The notes: generated by a model from the sequence alone, not told the origin. Positions 10,171 through 21,475 are shown, counted from the whole stretch's first letter. The stretch: DNA of 63,930 nucleotides, filler included, from an uncultured bacterium (GCA_964637655.1; 9 parts of 9 records of this genome joined end to end with filler, not necessarily neighbours in it), one strand, 5' to 3'. Program-made: numbers and translations.

Positions 10171-11073
10171 TCAGAAGCGGTCGCGGATCTCGACGTAGTT
10201 GTTCTCGCGCAGCTGGCGCTGCCAGTTGTCGATCTGCCCGTAGAGTTTGAGCATGCGCAGGTGGTCCATCAGCTGGCGCAGTTCCGCAGCGGGCATTTCA
10301 CTCTCCTCGAGCTTGCGCTTGCCCACCAGTTCGATGATGCTGTAGCCGCCGCGGTGGGCGATAATCCCGCTGCGCTCCCCCTCCTTGAGGGTGACCAGCA
10401 CGGCGTCGAGTTCGTCAGGGAGCGTACCGAGGCGGATGTAGCCCCAGTCGCCGCCGCGCGCGGCATGCGGGTCGGAGGATTCATAGGTGGCGACCACGGC
10501 GAAATCGACCCCCTTCTCAAGGTTGCTCTGCGCCACCCGCGCGTCCTCTTCGGCCGCGCAGAGGATGTGGCGGATATGGTACTCCTGCCGCACGTCGTCG
10601 GGAGTGACGTTGATCTCCGGGCCGAGTTCACTGCGATACAGGGTGGAGAGAATCAGGTCCTGCTTGGCCTGCTCGCGGTAATGCTCGCGCAGACCGTCAA
10701 CGGTCAGGCCGTTGCTGCGCAGCGCCTCGGCGAACTCGGACGCATCGAGGAAGTTGCTGCGCACTTCCATCACCAGCTTGTCCACCCGGGCGGAGACCTC
10801 GGCCTCTTCGACGACGATCCCGCGCCGCGCCGCTTCCTGCAGCACGAGGCGCGTGCGGATCAGCTCGTCGAGCGCCTGCTTCTTGACCTCGGGCGTGACC
10901 GTGCGCCGCTCGTTGAGCAGGCGCATGATGATCGGGTTGAGCTTCTGTTCGAGCTCGCTGTAGGTGATGATCTCGTCATTGATGATGGCGATGATCTTGT
11001 CGACAATGCGCGCCTCGGCCGCCGCCGGGTTCAGGCAGCAGGCAATGATGAGGATGGTCAGCAGGTAACGCAT
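10171..11073 (-). CDS. surA: SurA-like chaperone / parvulin PPIase
   Basis: Signal peptide, VDKIIAIINDEIIT, HIRHIL, GGDWGY. Confidence 0.85.
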   Translation of the reverse strand: MRYLLTILIIACCLNPAAAEARIVDKIIAIINDEIITYSELEQKLNPIIMRLLNERRTVTPEVKKQALDELIRTRLVLQEAARRGIVVEEAEVSARVDKLVMEVRSNFLDASEFAEALRSNGLTVDGLREHYREQAKQDLILSTLYRSELGPEINVTPDDVRQEYHIRHILCAAEEDARVAQSNLEKGVDFAVVATYESSDPHAARGGDWGYIRLGTLPDELDAVLVTLKEGERSGIIAHRGGYSIIELVGKRKLEESEMPAAELRQLMDHLRMLKLYGQIDNWQRQLRENNYVEIRDRF

Positions 11074-11164
11074 GGGACTCGCTCCTTGGTGGTCATGCCA
11101 CGAAGTCAGTATAGCAGATGGGACAGGCGCCGGCAACGGCCGGTTGCAGCGCGCGGTGACGCGG

Positions 11165-12580
11165 TCAGGCGCGGTGCCAGCGCGGGCCCTGCGGGGTGTC
11201 CTCGACGACAATGCCGCGGGCGGTCAGTTCGGCGCGCAGGCGGTCGGATTCGGCAAAGTTCTTCGCCTGCCGGGCCGCCTGCCGCGCGGCGACGAGCGCG
11301 TCGATGGCCGCGGCTTCCGGGTCGGCGGCGGCGGGCGGGTGCATGACCCCGATGACCGCATCGCAGCGGTCGAAGGCCTCCCGCAGGAGGAGGCGTTCCG
11401 CCTCGGGGGCGCCGGCTTCGAGGCGCGCATTGGCGTGGCGCATCAGGTCGAACACCGCGGCAAGGGCAGGGGAGATATTGAGGTCGTCATCGAGCGACGT
11501 GCCGAACTTTGTCTCCGCGGCAGTAACCGCGGCCGCGGTGGCCGGCGCGGGGCTGCCGGCCGGGCCGGGTTCGTCGAGCCGGCGGCGGAACTGCTGCAGG
11601 CGCTGCACGGCGGTGTGCGCCTGCTGCAACCCGTCGAGCGTGAAGTTGAGCGACATGCGGTAGTGTGCGGAGAGGAGCAGATAGCGGACGGCGAGCGGGT
11701 CATACCCTTTCGCGAGCAGGTCACGCAGGGTGTAGAAGTTCCCCTTCGATTTGGCCATCTTCTCGCCATCGACCAGCAGATGCGCGCAGTGCAGCCAGTA
11801 GCGCACGAAGGGGACGCCGTTGGCCGCCTCGCTCTGCGCGATCTCGTTCTCATGATGCGGGAAGGCGTTGTCCACCCCGCCCGTGTGCAGGTCAAAGGAG
11901 GGCCCGAGGTAGCGCATCGACATGGCCGAGCACTCGATATGCCAGCCGGGGCGGCCTTTGCCGAACGGGCTCTCCCAGGCGACGCTGCCGTCCTCCGGGG
12001 TGTACGCCTTCCACAGGGCAAAATCCGCGACGGTCTCTTTTTCGTACTCGTCGTGGTCGACCCGCCCGCTGGCGCGCTGCTGGGCAAAGTCGAGGTTGAC
12101 CAGGCGGCCGTACTGCGCTCCCGTAGCGAGATACTTCTCGATGGAAAAATAGACGGAGCCGTCATCGGCACGGTAGGCAATCCCCTTGTCGAGCAGGGTC
12201 TGCACGATGGCGATCATCCCGTCGATATGTTCGGTGGCGCGCGGGTACTGTTCCGCCGGCTCGATGTTGAGCTCCTTGAGGTCGGCGAAGAAGCCGTCGA
12301 TGAACGGGCGGGTGTAGGTGTCGAGCGGCACGCCCTGCGTACGGGCGCCGCGGATGGTCTTATCATCGACATCGGTCAGGTTCATCACCTGGGTGACGGC
12401 AAACCCGCGGTAGCGCAGGTGGCGGCGCAGCAGGTCCTCGAAGACATAGGCGCGGAAATTGCCGATGTGGGGATAGTTGTAGACCGTCGGCCCGCAGGTG
12501 TAGAGGCCGGCGCGGCCGGGCGTCAGCGGGACGAACTCCTCGCTGCGCCGGGTCAGGGTGTTATGGAAGCGGATGGCCAT
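11165..12580 (-). CDS. cysS: Cysteine--tRNA ligase
   Basis: YTCGPTVY..HIGN, DFALWK, GRPGWHIECS, FPHHENE, KMAKS. Confidence 0.97.
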   Translation of the reverse strand: MAIRFHNTLTRRSEEFVPLTPGRAGLYTCGPTVYNYPHIGNFRAYVFEDLLRRHLRYRGFAVTQVMNLTDVDDKTIRGARTQGVPLDTYTRPFIDGFFADLKELNIEPAEQYPRATEHIDGMIAIVQTLLDKGIAYRADDGSVYFSIEKYLATGAQYGRLVNLDFAQQRASGRVDHDEYEKETVADFALWKAYTPEDGSVAWESPFGKGRPGWHIECSAMSMRYLGPSFDLHTGGVDNAFPHHENEIAQSEAANGVPFVRYWLHCAHLLVDGEKMAKSKGNFYTLRDLLAKGYDPLAVRYLLLSAHYRMSLNFTLDGLQQAHTAVQRLQQFRRRLDEPGPAGSPAPATAAAVTAAETKFGTSLDDDLNISPALAAVFDLMRHANARLEAGAPEAERLLLREAFDRCDAVIGVMHPPAAADPEAAAIDALVAARQAARQAKNFAESDRLRAELTARGIVVEDTPQGPRWHRA

Positions 12581-12628
12581 GAGGATTCACCTTTCGCGCC
12601 ACGGTATAGCACACGGGCGTCCGCAGCG

Positions 12629-14519
12629 TCAATACCCGGCGTCGTCAGCCAGCAGCGGCGGGAAGATGCCGCCACTCACCTGCCCGACGAGAACGGCATT
12701 GCGCACGGCCGGCGAGTGCGGGGCGAGGCGTAAGGCGTCAGCCCAGTCGCGGCCGGCGGCAGCGAAATTCTCGAACCCGTGCCGCGCCCAGCCGCGCGCG
12801 AGCAGCAGGGCAGGCGACGCGGGGGCGAGACGGGCGGGAATCACCTGCGCCGCGCGCCGGTACTCCCCCTGCTGATAGAGGCATTCGGACTGCAGGGCGA
12901 GCACGGCGGCAACGTCGGTATCCGCGGCACAGGACGCCAGCATGCGCCGGGCGACGTCGGGCAGGTGCGCATCGAGTGCGGCGTGTACCAGCGTGAGCCG
13001 CGCCGCGCGGGGCAGGGCGGGTGACCAGCGCGCGTAGAGCGCGGTGGCGTCCGCGCGCTCACGCTGCACGGCAGCGAGGTTGTCGGCGGCGTAGGTGAAG
13101 CCGGGCAGCTGGACAAGCGCGGCGCGGAACTGCGCTTCCGCTTCGGCGCGCCGCCCGAGACGACGCAGCACGGCCCCGAGTTCGTTGTGCAGTTCCGGGT
13201 CGCCGGGGCGGTGGTCGAGCGCGGTCTGATAGCAGCGCAGCGCCTCCGCCGGCCGGCCGCTGCGCACGGCGATATCGCCGCGCTGGCGCCAGGCGACGCT
13301 GTAATCGATGCGGTCAAGGCCGGCGAAGTCGGTGTTGAGCACGACGACGAGCAGCAGGGCGGCAGCGGGGAGCAGCAGCGAGCGGCGGCGCAGCGCGTCA
13401 TACACGGCAGTGACGCCGACCATGGCGGCCGGCAGCAGGAAGGGGAGCAGCGGGGCGCGGTAGCGGCTGACGACGAAAAAGGCGACGACAGAAAGGGTGT
13501 AGAGCCCGAGCAGCCAGAGGTACGGGGCGAGGCGCCGCCACTGCGGGCGGAGCACGGCGAGCCCGAGCAGGGCGCAGGGGATGATGAGCCCGGTGGGGAA
13601 GGAGAGGCCGGCGCGGCGCCAGAGCAGCAGGCGCAGCACGGGCACCTGCTGCGCGACGAAGTAGGGATCGACATTGCGCATCAGCTCATAGCCGTGCAGG
13701 AAGCGATGCACCTTGACGACCTGCAACTGCAGGAAAGCGAGCGGGTCGCTGAGTGCCCAGCGCTCGACTTCCGCGACGTAGTAATTCTGCCGTGTGAGGG
13801 TGTTGAGCGGGCGCACACCGGCCTGTTGCGGCAGCAGGCAGAACTGTTCCCAGCCGAACCCGGGGCGCAGCGCGAGCAGCGCGTCCATGCGCGGGTGATT
13901 GCCGAGGTAGAGGTTGATGCCCCAGCTCGAGGCGAGAAAGACGGGTGTATCGTCGTTGAGCTTGTTGCGCAGCGCGATGGGGGCAAGCACCAGCGCAGTG
14001 CCGAGCAGCAGCCAGACGAGGCCCGCGGCCCAGCGGTCAGGTCGGCGCACCAGCCAGTAGCCGGCAATGACCGGCAGGAGAACGAGCATGCTGCCGCGCG
14101 TGGCGGCAGCCAGGCCGCAGAGCAGGCCGAGGGCGAGCCCGAGCGGGCGCGCGGGCGCATCCCGCTGCGCGAAGAAGAGGGTGAAGCCGCCGAGCAGGAG
14201 CAGGGTGGCAAGCGGCTCGCGCAGCAGCTGCCCCTCGAAGAAGAGGAGCGGGCCGCAGAGCGCGGCGGCGAGCCCGGCGGCGAAGGCGAGGTGCCGGCGC
14301 GGCGGGAACAGCACGCGGGTCAGGGCGAAGGTAAGCGCGGCAGTGCCGCCGCCGCAGAGAAAATTCAGCACGTAGGCGGGAGTGAGCCCGTAGCCGCAGA
14401 GGCGGAAGGTGACCGCGAGGAGGTAGAGGTAGAGCGGCTCGTGGTAGTAGGAGCCGCGCTCACCCCACCAGGAGACGAAGGCGATGGCCTGCGCCTTGCG
14501 CTGGAAGGTGTGCGCATCG
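12629..14519 (-). CDS. ArnT/PMT-family (GT-C) glycosyltransferase with C-terminal TPRs (5'-truncated)
   Basis: EPLYLYLL, GINLYLGN, FFVVSRYRAP, TPR motifs (HNELGAVL..LG...EA..QFRAAL). Confidence 0.8.
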
Positions 14520-14619
14520 NNNNNNNNNNNNNNNNNNNNNNNNNNNNNNNNNNNNNNNNNNNNTTAATTAATTAANNNNNNNNNNNNNNNNNNNNNNNNN
14601 NNNNNNNNNNNNNNNNNNN

Positions 14620-14907
14620 CTCGAACAGGCGCTGGTGGCGCTGCGGCGGGCGGGACTGGTGAAGGTGTTTCGCGGCGTGCACGGCGGCTATGCGCTGGGG
14701 CGCAGCGCGGAGAACATCACGGTGCACGACATCTACACGGCAGTGGAAGGGGAACTGAAACTGCTGGAGAAGAAGGAAAAGAACGAAACCCTGCGGCAGT
14801 ACTGGCAGGTGACGGAAATGGCGGCGGCAGCAGCACTGCGCGTCTCGCTGCAGGAACTGCTCCTGCGCGATGAGGCGCAGCGCACCGCCATCATCTACGA
14901 CATCTGA
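14620..14907 (+). CDS. Rrf2-family regulator, CymR-like (5'-truncated)
   Basis: LEQ..L.RAGLV...RG..GGY.L; no Fe-S Cys in the visible part; C-terminal IYDI; upstream of cysK. Confidence 0.8.
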   Translation, partial: LEQALVALRRAGLVKVFRGVHGGYALGRSAENITVHDIYTAVEGELKLLEKKEKNETLRQYWQVTEMAAAAALRVSLQELLLRDEAQRTAIIYDI

Positions 14908-15058
14908 AATAAATGGGGACAGTCCCCATTTTCCATGGTAGGGAATGTGCGGGAAAACGGATGTTTGAGACGGCGAGTGGGAAGACGGGGCACGTTCAAA
15001 CAGCGAAGTGGGAAAAGCAAAACCAGAAAATAAATGGGGACAGTCCCCATTTTCCATG
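14907..15058. repeat. Two direct copies of a palindromic REP-like element AAATGGGGACAGTCCCCATTT (third, inverted copy at 31068-31099)
   Basis: Identical 31-bp copies at 14907-14937 and 15028-15058. Confidence 0.85.
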
Positions 15059-15073
15059 AGGGGGAACGGGAAC

Positions 15074-15997
15074 ATGAAAGTCGCGCAGAACATTACGCAG
15101 CTTGTTGGCAATACGCCGCTGGTGCGGCTGAACCGGGTGGCACACGGAGCGCAGGCAACGGTGCTCGCCAAACTCGAGTATTTCAACCCGTGCAGTTCGG
15201 TCAAGGACCGCATCGGGGTGAACATGCTCGACATGGCTGAGCGCGAGGGAAAACTCAAGCCGGGCGCGGTGATCATCGAGCCGACGAGCGGCAATACCGG
15301 CATCGGGCTGGCGTTCGTCTGCGCGGCGCGCGGCTATCGCCTCGTCCTGACCATGCCCGAGACGATGAGCGTCGAGCGGCGCAAGGTGCTCAAGCATTTC
15401 GGGGCGGAGATCGTGCTGACCCCGGGTCCCGAGGGGATGAAGGGGGCGGTGGCAAAAGCGGAGGAACTGGCGAAGAATACGCCCGGATCGTACCTGCCGC
15501 AGCAGTTCAACAATCCCGCCAATCCCGCCATCCACCGCTGCACGACGTTCCACGAGATCTGGAACGACACGGATGGCACGGTCGACATTTTTGTTGCCGG
15601 GGTGGGGACGGGCGGCACCATCACGGGTGTCGGCGAAGAATTGAAGAAACAGAAACCCGGGGCGAAGGTGGTCGCGGTGGAACCCGCGGATTCCCCCGTG
15701 TTGTCCGGGGGCAAGGCAGGCCCGCACAAGATCCAGGGGATTGGCGCGGGCTTTGTGCCGGGGGTGCTCAAGCGCGACCTGATCGATGAGGTGGTGCCGG
15801 TGGCGACGGACGATGCGGTGCAGACCGCGCGCGCGCTGGCGAAGCAGGAGGGAATTTTCTGCGGCATTTCGTCGGGGGCGGCGACCTGGGCGGCGCTGCA
15901 ACTGGCACAGCGCGCGGAGAACGCGGGCAAGACCATTGTCGTGCTGCTCCCCGACACGGGTGAGCGCTACCTGAGCACGGTGCTGCTCGAAGAATGA
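15074..15997 (+). CDS. cysK: Cysteine synthase A
   Basis: [15 protein letters not shown] (PLP Lys), [28 protein letters not shown]. Confidence 0.97.
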   Translation: MKVAQNITQLVGNTPLVRLNRVAHGAQATVLAKLEYFNPCSSVKDRIGVNMLDMAEREGKLKPGAVIIEPTSGNTGIGLAFVCAARGYRLVLTMPETMSVERRKVLKHFGAEIVLTPGPEGMKGAVAKAEELAKNTPGSYLPQQFNNPANPAIHRCTTFHEIWNDTDGTVDIFVAGVGTGGTITGVGEELKKQKPGAKVVAVEPADSPVLSGGKAGPHKIQGIGAGFVPGVLKRDLIDEVVPVATDDAVQTARALAKQEGIFCGISSGAATWAALQLAQRAENAGKTIVVLLPDTGERYLSTVLLEE

Positions 15998-16278
15998 GCG
16001 CAGAGAGCGCGGTGGCGGAGCGCGTCGTCTGCATCAGTGCGCCGCAGGGCCTGCACTTGCGCGTGGCCACGTCCCTCGTCAAAAAGATCCGCGCCCTGCG
16101 CGCGCGCCTGACCGTGCGGGCGGACGGGCAGCAGCCGGCCGATGCCAACTCGGTGATCGACCTGCTGCGGCTCGGGGCCACGTGGGGGACGTGCGTGACG
16201 GTGCGGGCGGAAGGACCCGATGCGGAGCAGGCGCTCCAGCGGGCGGAAGAACTTTTCAGCGACGGCGCCGGCATCTGA
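15994..16278 (+). CDS. HPr-family phosphocarrier protein
   Basis: GLHLRVA (His15 motif), [12 protein letters not shown] (Ser46 motif), [13 protein letters not shown] overlap with cysK. Confidence 0.85.
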   Translation: MSAESAVAERVVCISAPQGLHLRVATSLVKKIRALRARLTVRADGQQPADANSVIDLLRLGATWGTCVTVRAEGPDAEQALQRAEELFSDGAGI

Positions 16279-16346
16279 AACGCAGCCAGGGTGCCGGTTG
16301 TTGTTATGTATCCAATTATGTTAGTATAGCCGCGAGAGGGGAAGCC

Positions 16347-17678
16347 ATGCGGCTTGCCATTGGTCTGTGTCTGCTTATGGCTGTGCCATGCGCAGCGTCG
16401 GTGCCGACGGCGCCGGCTGTGTCTGTCGCCATTCCCGACACCATCCCGTTGTTCAGCGAATCTGTGACCGGCGATACCGCGGCGGTTTACCGGCAACTGG
16501 GGGAACTCGGCGCGCGCGGACTGGCGCGCAACCCGGAACTGCAGGCAGCGGCGCGGCGCATTGATGCGCTGCAGCAGCGCCCGGCGCAGGCCGCCGCCCG
16601 GCCGGCGCCGGTGCTGGGCGGTGAGGCGGATCGCGTCCCCTTTGCCGACCCGTCGGAGTACATGGCAGTCAACCTCTTCGCCCAGCAGACGTTTCCGGCA
16701 ACGGCGAAGCTGGAAAGCCGGGCGCGGGTGGCATCCTACCCCGCGCTGCTGGCGGCAGCGGCGCAGGAACGGGAAGTCAACGACCTGCGGCGCGATATCG
16801 CGCTGGCGTGGTTCGACTACGGCTATGCGCACGAGGCGCTGCGCCTCAACGGCGAACAGAGTCAACTCGTCGACTGGCTGCGGCAGGTGGCGGAGGCGCG
16901 CTACACGGTCGGGCGCGCTCCGCAGCAGGATGTGTGGCTGGCGCAGGTGGAAATCTCGGCGCTGGAGGCGGCGCGACTGGCGCTCGAGGGCAAGCGCGCC
17001 CTGGCGCGGGCGCAACTTGTCTATCTGCTGGGCGGCGACACGCAACTGCTGCTGCCCGCGCCCGCCGGCGTGCCGGTGCGCACGTATCTGCCCGATCTGC
17101 CGGCGGCGGAACGTCTTGCCCTGGCGCAGCGTCCGGAACTGCGGGCCGCCCGCCTGGCGGTCGACGCGGAGGCGGCGCGCGCACTGCTGGCGCGGGCGGA
17201 ACTGCTGCCCGACGTCACCACGCGCGTTACTTCCACCGCCCGCACCGATGCCGACGACGCGGTGACGGGGATGGTGATGCTTGATTTCCCCCTCGCCCCC
17301 TGGTCGCGCGGCGGGGCGGAGGCGCAGGAGCGCGAGGCGCAGCTGACGCAGGCGGAGCAGGCGGTGCGGGTCACGGCGCTGGAAAACCGCATCCGCGGCG
17401 AACTGCAGGGAACGCTGGCGGAACTGCAGGCGGCGGCGGCACAGGTGCGGTTGTATCGCGGCACCATCATGCCGCAGGCGGAGCAGGCGTTCCGCGCGGC
17501 GCTGGCGGGCTATACCTACGGGCAGGTCGAGTTTGCCACCACGCTGGTGGCAGCGCGCGCGGCGGTGCAGCAGCGCGATGGCGAACTGCGCGCCCGCGTC
17601 GCCTATGAACAGGCCTTTTCGCGGCTGCTCTGGGCGACGGGTACCGACCAGCAGCAGATGCGGATGGTGTTGCAATGA
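16347..17678 (+). CDS. TolC/CusC-family outer membrane efflux protein
   Basis: Signal peptide, RNPELQAA, ARY..G...QQDV..AQ, RPELRAA. Confidence 0.85.
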   Translation: MRLAIGLCLLMAVPCAASVPTAPAVSVAIPDTIPLFSESVTGDTAAVYRQLGELGARGLARNPELQAAARRIDALQQRPAQAAARPAPVLGGEADRVPFADPSEYMAVNLFAQQTFPATAKLESRARVASYPALLAAAAQEREVNDLRRDIALAWFDYGYAHEALRLNGEQSQLVDWLRQVAEARYTVGRAPQQDVWLAQVEISALEAARLALEGKRALARAQLVYLLGGDTQLLLPAPAGVPVRTYLPDLPAAERLALAQRPELRAARLAVDAEAARALLARAELLPDVTTRVTSTARTDADDAVTGMVMLDFPLAPWSRGGAEAQEREAQLTQAEQAVRVTALENRIRGELQGTLAELQAAAAQVRLYRGTIMPQAEQAFRAALAGYTYGQVEFATTLVAARAAVQQRDGELRARVAYEQAFSRLLWATGTDQQQMRMVLQ

Positions 17679-17702
17679 AAGCGCACACGCATTTTCTTTT
17701 TT

Positions 17703-17797
17703 CCCTCTCCCACGGGGAGAGGGTGCAGGGTGAGGGGCCGCTGGTGCCGTCGCCCTCACCTGCCGCTGCGCGGCTTCCTCTCCCGGAGGGAGAGGGG
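17703..17797. repeat. CCCTCTCCC-N-GGGAGAGGG REP-like composite palindrome
   Basis: Two hairpins in inverted arrangement; 29 bp (17757-17785) identical to 27386-27414. Confidence 0.8.
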
Positions 17798-17814
17798 AAA
17801 CCCGGGGATGCCGT

Positions 17815-19188
17815 GTGAAAAAAATCGCGGTTGTCGTTTTGTTGCTGATACTTGCGGCAATCATCGCCGGCGGCGTGTGGTGGTGGACGCACCGCAGCGT
17901 CCCGGCAGCGACGGTGCCGCTGGCAGCGCTGCCCGGCCCGGCCATCGAGTACTACACCTGCTCGATGCATCCCTTCCTGCGCGAACCCGAACCGGGGCTC
18001 TGCCCCATCTGCAACATGCGGCTCGACCCGGTCTATGCGCGCGATGCGGCGACGGACACGTCGGTGCCCGCCATCGCGGTGAGCGCGGCGGAGGAACAGC
18101 GGCTGGGCATGCGGCTTGCCGCGGTGCGGCAACAGGCGGTGACGAAGGTGATCAGCGCCTACGCGCGCATCGAGACGAACGAGGAGAAACTCACGCATAT
18201 CCACACACGCTATGAGGGGTACGTGGACAAACTCTTCGTGAGTGCGGTCGGGCAGAGCGTGCGGCGTGGCGATCCGCTGTTTACCATCTACGCGCCCGAG
18301 GTGGTGGCGGCGCAGGAGGAATACCTCATCGCGCTGCTGGCGCAGGGCAAACTGGGAACGGACGCGCACCCGCTGGCGGTGGCGCATGCCGCGTCGCTGG
18401 CGCAGGCGTCGCACACGCGGCTGGAACTTTTAGAAGTGCCGGCGGATGTCATCCGGCGGATTGAAACGGAACGCCACATCGCGCGGACGATCACGCATTA
18501 TGCCGGGGTGAACGGCATCGTCGCGCAGCGGAACGTTACGGCAGGCGAGCGGATCACGCCGGATACGGACCTGTTCCTCATCGCTGATTTGTCGGCGGTC
18601 TGGGTGATCGCGGACATCTTCGAGCAGGATATGCCCGACCTGCGCGTCGGACTGCCGGTGACGGTGACCTTTGCGGGCCTCCCCGGGCGCGAGTTCCGCG
18701 GGCGGGTGTCGTACATCTACCCGTTCCTCGACGAGGCGACCCGCACCGCGCGCGCACGGCTCGAACTCGACAACCGCGCCGGGCAGTTGCGTCCCGGCAT
18801 GTTCGGTGACGTGCTCATCAATACGGGGATGAGCCGTCGCGCACTGGTGGTGCCGCTCGACGCGGTGCTGCGCGGCGGCGGTCAGGATATTGTGTTCAAG
18901 CAGGTGGCGCCGGGCAATTACGTGCCGGCAGTGGTGACGCTGGGCGGGCAGTTCGGCGATATGTACGCGGTGAGCAGCGGCCTGAGCGACGGTGATACCA
19001 TTGTCGCGCGCGCCAATTTCTATCTCGACGCGGAGGCACGGCTGCGTTTCGGTGACGCCGCCGCGACGGGACATGCCGGCCATGCGTCACCGGCCGCCCC
19101 GTCGCCAGCCGTATCGGCCCCGGCGGCAGTGCCGCCCGCCATGCCGGCTGCCGCGGCAGCCGACCCGCACGCCGGGCATGGCAGGTGA
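17815..19188 (+). CDS. cusB: CusB-type RND periplasmic adaptor with heavy-metal-binding domain
   Basis: YTCSMHP....PGLCPIC.M.L, ADLSAVWV, YIYPFLD..TRT, LRPGMF, His-rich tail. Confidence 0.85.
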   Translation: MKKIAVVVLLLILAAIIAGGVWWWTHRSVPAATVPLAALPGPAIEYYTCSMHPFLREPEPGLCPICNMRLDPVYARDAATDTSVPAIAVSAAEEQRLGMRLAAVRQQAVTKVISAYARIETNEEKLTHIHTRYEGYVDKLFVSAVGQSVRRGDPLFTIYAPEVVAAQEEYLIALLAQGKLGTDAHPLAVAHAASLAQASHTRLELLEVPADVIRRIETERHIARTITHYAGVNGIVAQRNVTAGERITPDTDLFLIADLSAVWVIADIFEQDMPDLRVGLPVTVTFAGLPGREFRGRVSYIYPFLDEATRTARARLELDNRAGQLRPGMFGDVLINTGMSRRALVVPLDAVLRGGGQDIVFKQVAPGNYVPAVVTLGGQFGDMYAVSSGLSDGDTIVARANFYLDAEARLRFGDAAATGHAGHASPAAPSPAVSAPAAVPPAMPAAAAADPHAGHGR

Positions 19189-19343
19189 GCGATGCATCCC
19201 GATCCCGACTGCAGAGCACTCGATAGAACAGTTAGTTGTAAGCTTGAGGTCGTAAAATGCGACGTAAGGCTCGCGGCATGTCGCGCCGCTCTGCGTGGTG
19301 AGAAACCGGGAGCGGGCGGACTGCTGGCGGAAGGCGCGCGCTG

Positions 19344-21028
19344 ATGCTTTATACCGAAGCCGAGATCCGCGAACTGCTTGCGCGAGACGAGGGGCAATTC
19401 CACGATTTCAAGAGCGTCTGGGACCGCACAACGGACCAGCCGCGTTTGCTTGACCGCCGTATGGTGCGCGATTGGATTGCCGAATACGCTGCCGCTTTTG
19501 CCAATGCCGATGGCGGCACGCTGATCATCGGCGTCGAAAACGATGGGACGCCGTCCGGGCACGAGTACCATGACGAGGCAATTGAAGAATTCCGGAATGT
19601 GCCGGAACGACGCTTGCGCCCGGCTGTTGCCTGCCGTTTCCAGCGCCTGCTATCGACGGGCGGGAAGTGCTGGTCTTTCAGGTGCCCATGACCGCCGAAG
19701 CGATAATGGTCGAGGAAAACGGGTATCCCTATCGGGCCGGTGATCAGGTTGTGCGTGAACCGCAGGAAGTGATCAATGCCCGCAAGCAGGCCTATCGCCG
19801 GGTCGGGTTCGAGCAGCGCCTTTGCCCGGCGGCGTCGCTGGCCGATCTCGACCTTGAAATGGCGCGTCGATTCCTTGCGGCAACACCTTTGCGTGACCGC
19901 CCGGTTGAAGAACAACTTGCCGCCTATGGCCTGCTGCAATGGGACGGTCCGCAGGCGCGGGTGACCAATGCCGCGCTGCTGCTTTTCGGCAAGGCGCCGG
20001 TGGTGCGGTGGCATCCGCGCGCCGGCATCCGGTTGTTCCGGGTTGCCGGGAGCGAGAAAACCCACGGCGAGCGGAGGAACGTCACGCAATTGCCGCGGCT
20101 TGATCCGCCGCTGGCAACGATGCTGCCTGACGCAAAACGGTATATTGCGGCGCAGATCCGCACGTCGGAGAAACTGCATGACCTGTTTTTCCGGGAGATG
20201 CCTGAGTATCCGGAAGCAGCCTGGCAGGAGGCGCTGGTCAATGCCGTGGCGCACCGGGATTACGGCGAGCAGGGGCGCGAAATCGAGGTGACGTTCTATA
20301 CCGACAGGATGGAGATAACCAACCCCGGCGACCTGATCGCGCCGGTCACCGTGCAGGCGTTGCGCGAGCGGCGCAAAGTGCATGCCAGCCGCAACCCGCT
20401 GCTGGCGCGGGTGCTGGTCGATGCGGGCATCATGCGCGAGGAAGGCGAGGGCGTGCCGCGCATATTTGAGGAGATGGAAACATCGCATCTGCGGGCGCCC
20501 GAAGTGAATGTCGAGTTCAGCACCTTTGGCGTAACCTTGCGGAATGAGCCGGTATTCGATGGCGCCACGGTCGAATGGAAGACCACGGTTAGCGGTCTTG
20601 GCTTGACGGTCAACCAGCAGCGGATGCAGCTGGCTTATCCCGAAGGGTTTTCCAATGAGGACTATCGCACAATCAACAGCGTTGACCGTGACCAGGCCTA
20701 CCGCGAGATCAGCGATATGGTTGCACGCGGCGTTGTGCGGGCGCCGGATGCAGCAGGCCGCGGGGCGTTTTACCGCATTGCCAACCAGCCGCGGAAAATG
20801 CGCGATTGGATTGGCGAGCGCCTGCCGCGCCTGGCGGAGTATTTCAAGCGCGCGCCGCAAATGCGCAATCAGGAGTATTGTGCCTGCTTCGTCGTTGACC
20901 GTTTTCAGGCGTTCCGTGAGTTGCAGCGGCTTGCTGCCCTGCAAATAGTCGTACCGCAGGGGCAGAAGAGGGGCAGATATTATCTGCCGGGAGAAATACT
21001 ATCAGCCATGACGAAAAAAGTCACATAA
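19344..21028 (+). pseudogene. AlbA_2 (Schlafen-like) + HATPase_c_4 + HTH protein, split by a frameshift near 19648
   Basis: EGQFHDFKS, AAFANADGGTLIIGVEND in ORF1; EALVNAVAHRDY, DRMEITNPG, SRNPLLARVL in ORF2; adding one base gives continuous QRL-AIDGREVLVF. Confidence 0.8.
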
Positions 21029-21336
21029 TCGTATCCACATGCCACATAATCGCATAACGACATTATTAACATACAGTAATGCAATGGCATATAGATGTCA
21101 CATAATGGTTTCGGGATGATGCATAACTGAAAAGTTGACATGGCGGGCGAGAGGAGACGGATAATGGCAAGCAGGGAAAGGGGCGAGACGAATGACATGA
21201 GAGTATCTTCCGGCGATTCAAAAAGCAACGTCTGGTTTCTCCGACGATGTGGAAAAGTATCACGAAGCGTGGCATCATGATCCTGATGGTAAAAAGGAAA
21301 AAGATGGGTGGGCGCCTGTGCTGCACGTAAGAAATA

Positions 21337-21475
21337 CTGGATTCCCGACAGAACAATTCGGGAATGACGACACGGAACTGGATTCCCGCGTGCGCGGGAA
21401 TGACGGACACCAGCCCCACGCATTATCCAGAGCGACCCTACGGGCCACCCCTGCCCTCTCCCGGGGGGAGAGGGC
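21337..21475. repeat. Cluster of REP-like palindromes (CTGGATTCCCG..CGGGAATGAC x2, CCCTCTCCC..GGGAGAGGG)
   Basis: Elements at 21337-21368, 21378-21404 and 21453-21475. Confidence 0.8.

Noticed and set aside
14907-15058. Two identical palindromic 31-bp repeats as a mini CRISPR array
   Set aside because: The 90-nt spacer is too long, there are only two copies and no cas genes, and a solitary copy occurs on another contig; fits REP
15768-17945. Long antisense or alternate-frame ORFs (e.g. 15768-17945, 9490-11346, 11072-12733, 33094-34557, 44180-45805)
   Set aside because: Shadow ORFs of GC-rich genes; Arg/Ala/Pro-rich with no motifs
21190-21310. Short ORF-like stretch (…SGFSDDVEKYHEAWHH…) before cusA
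   Set aside because: No credible start or recognisable family; possibly a gene remnant but unsupported
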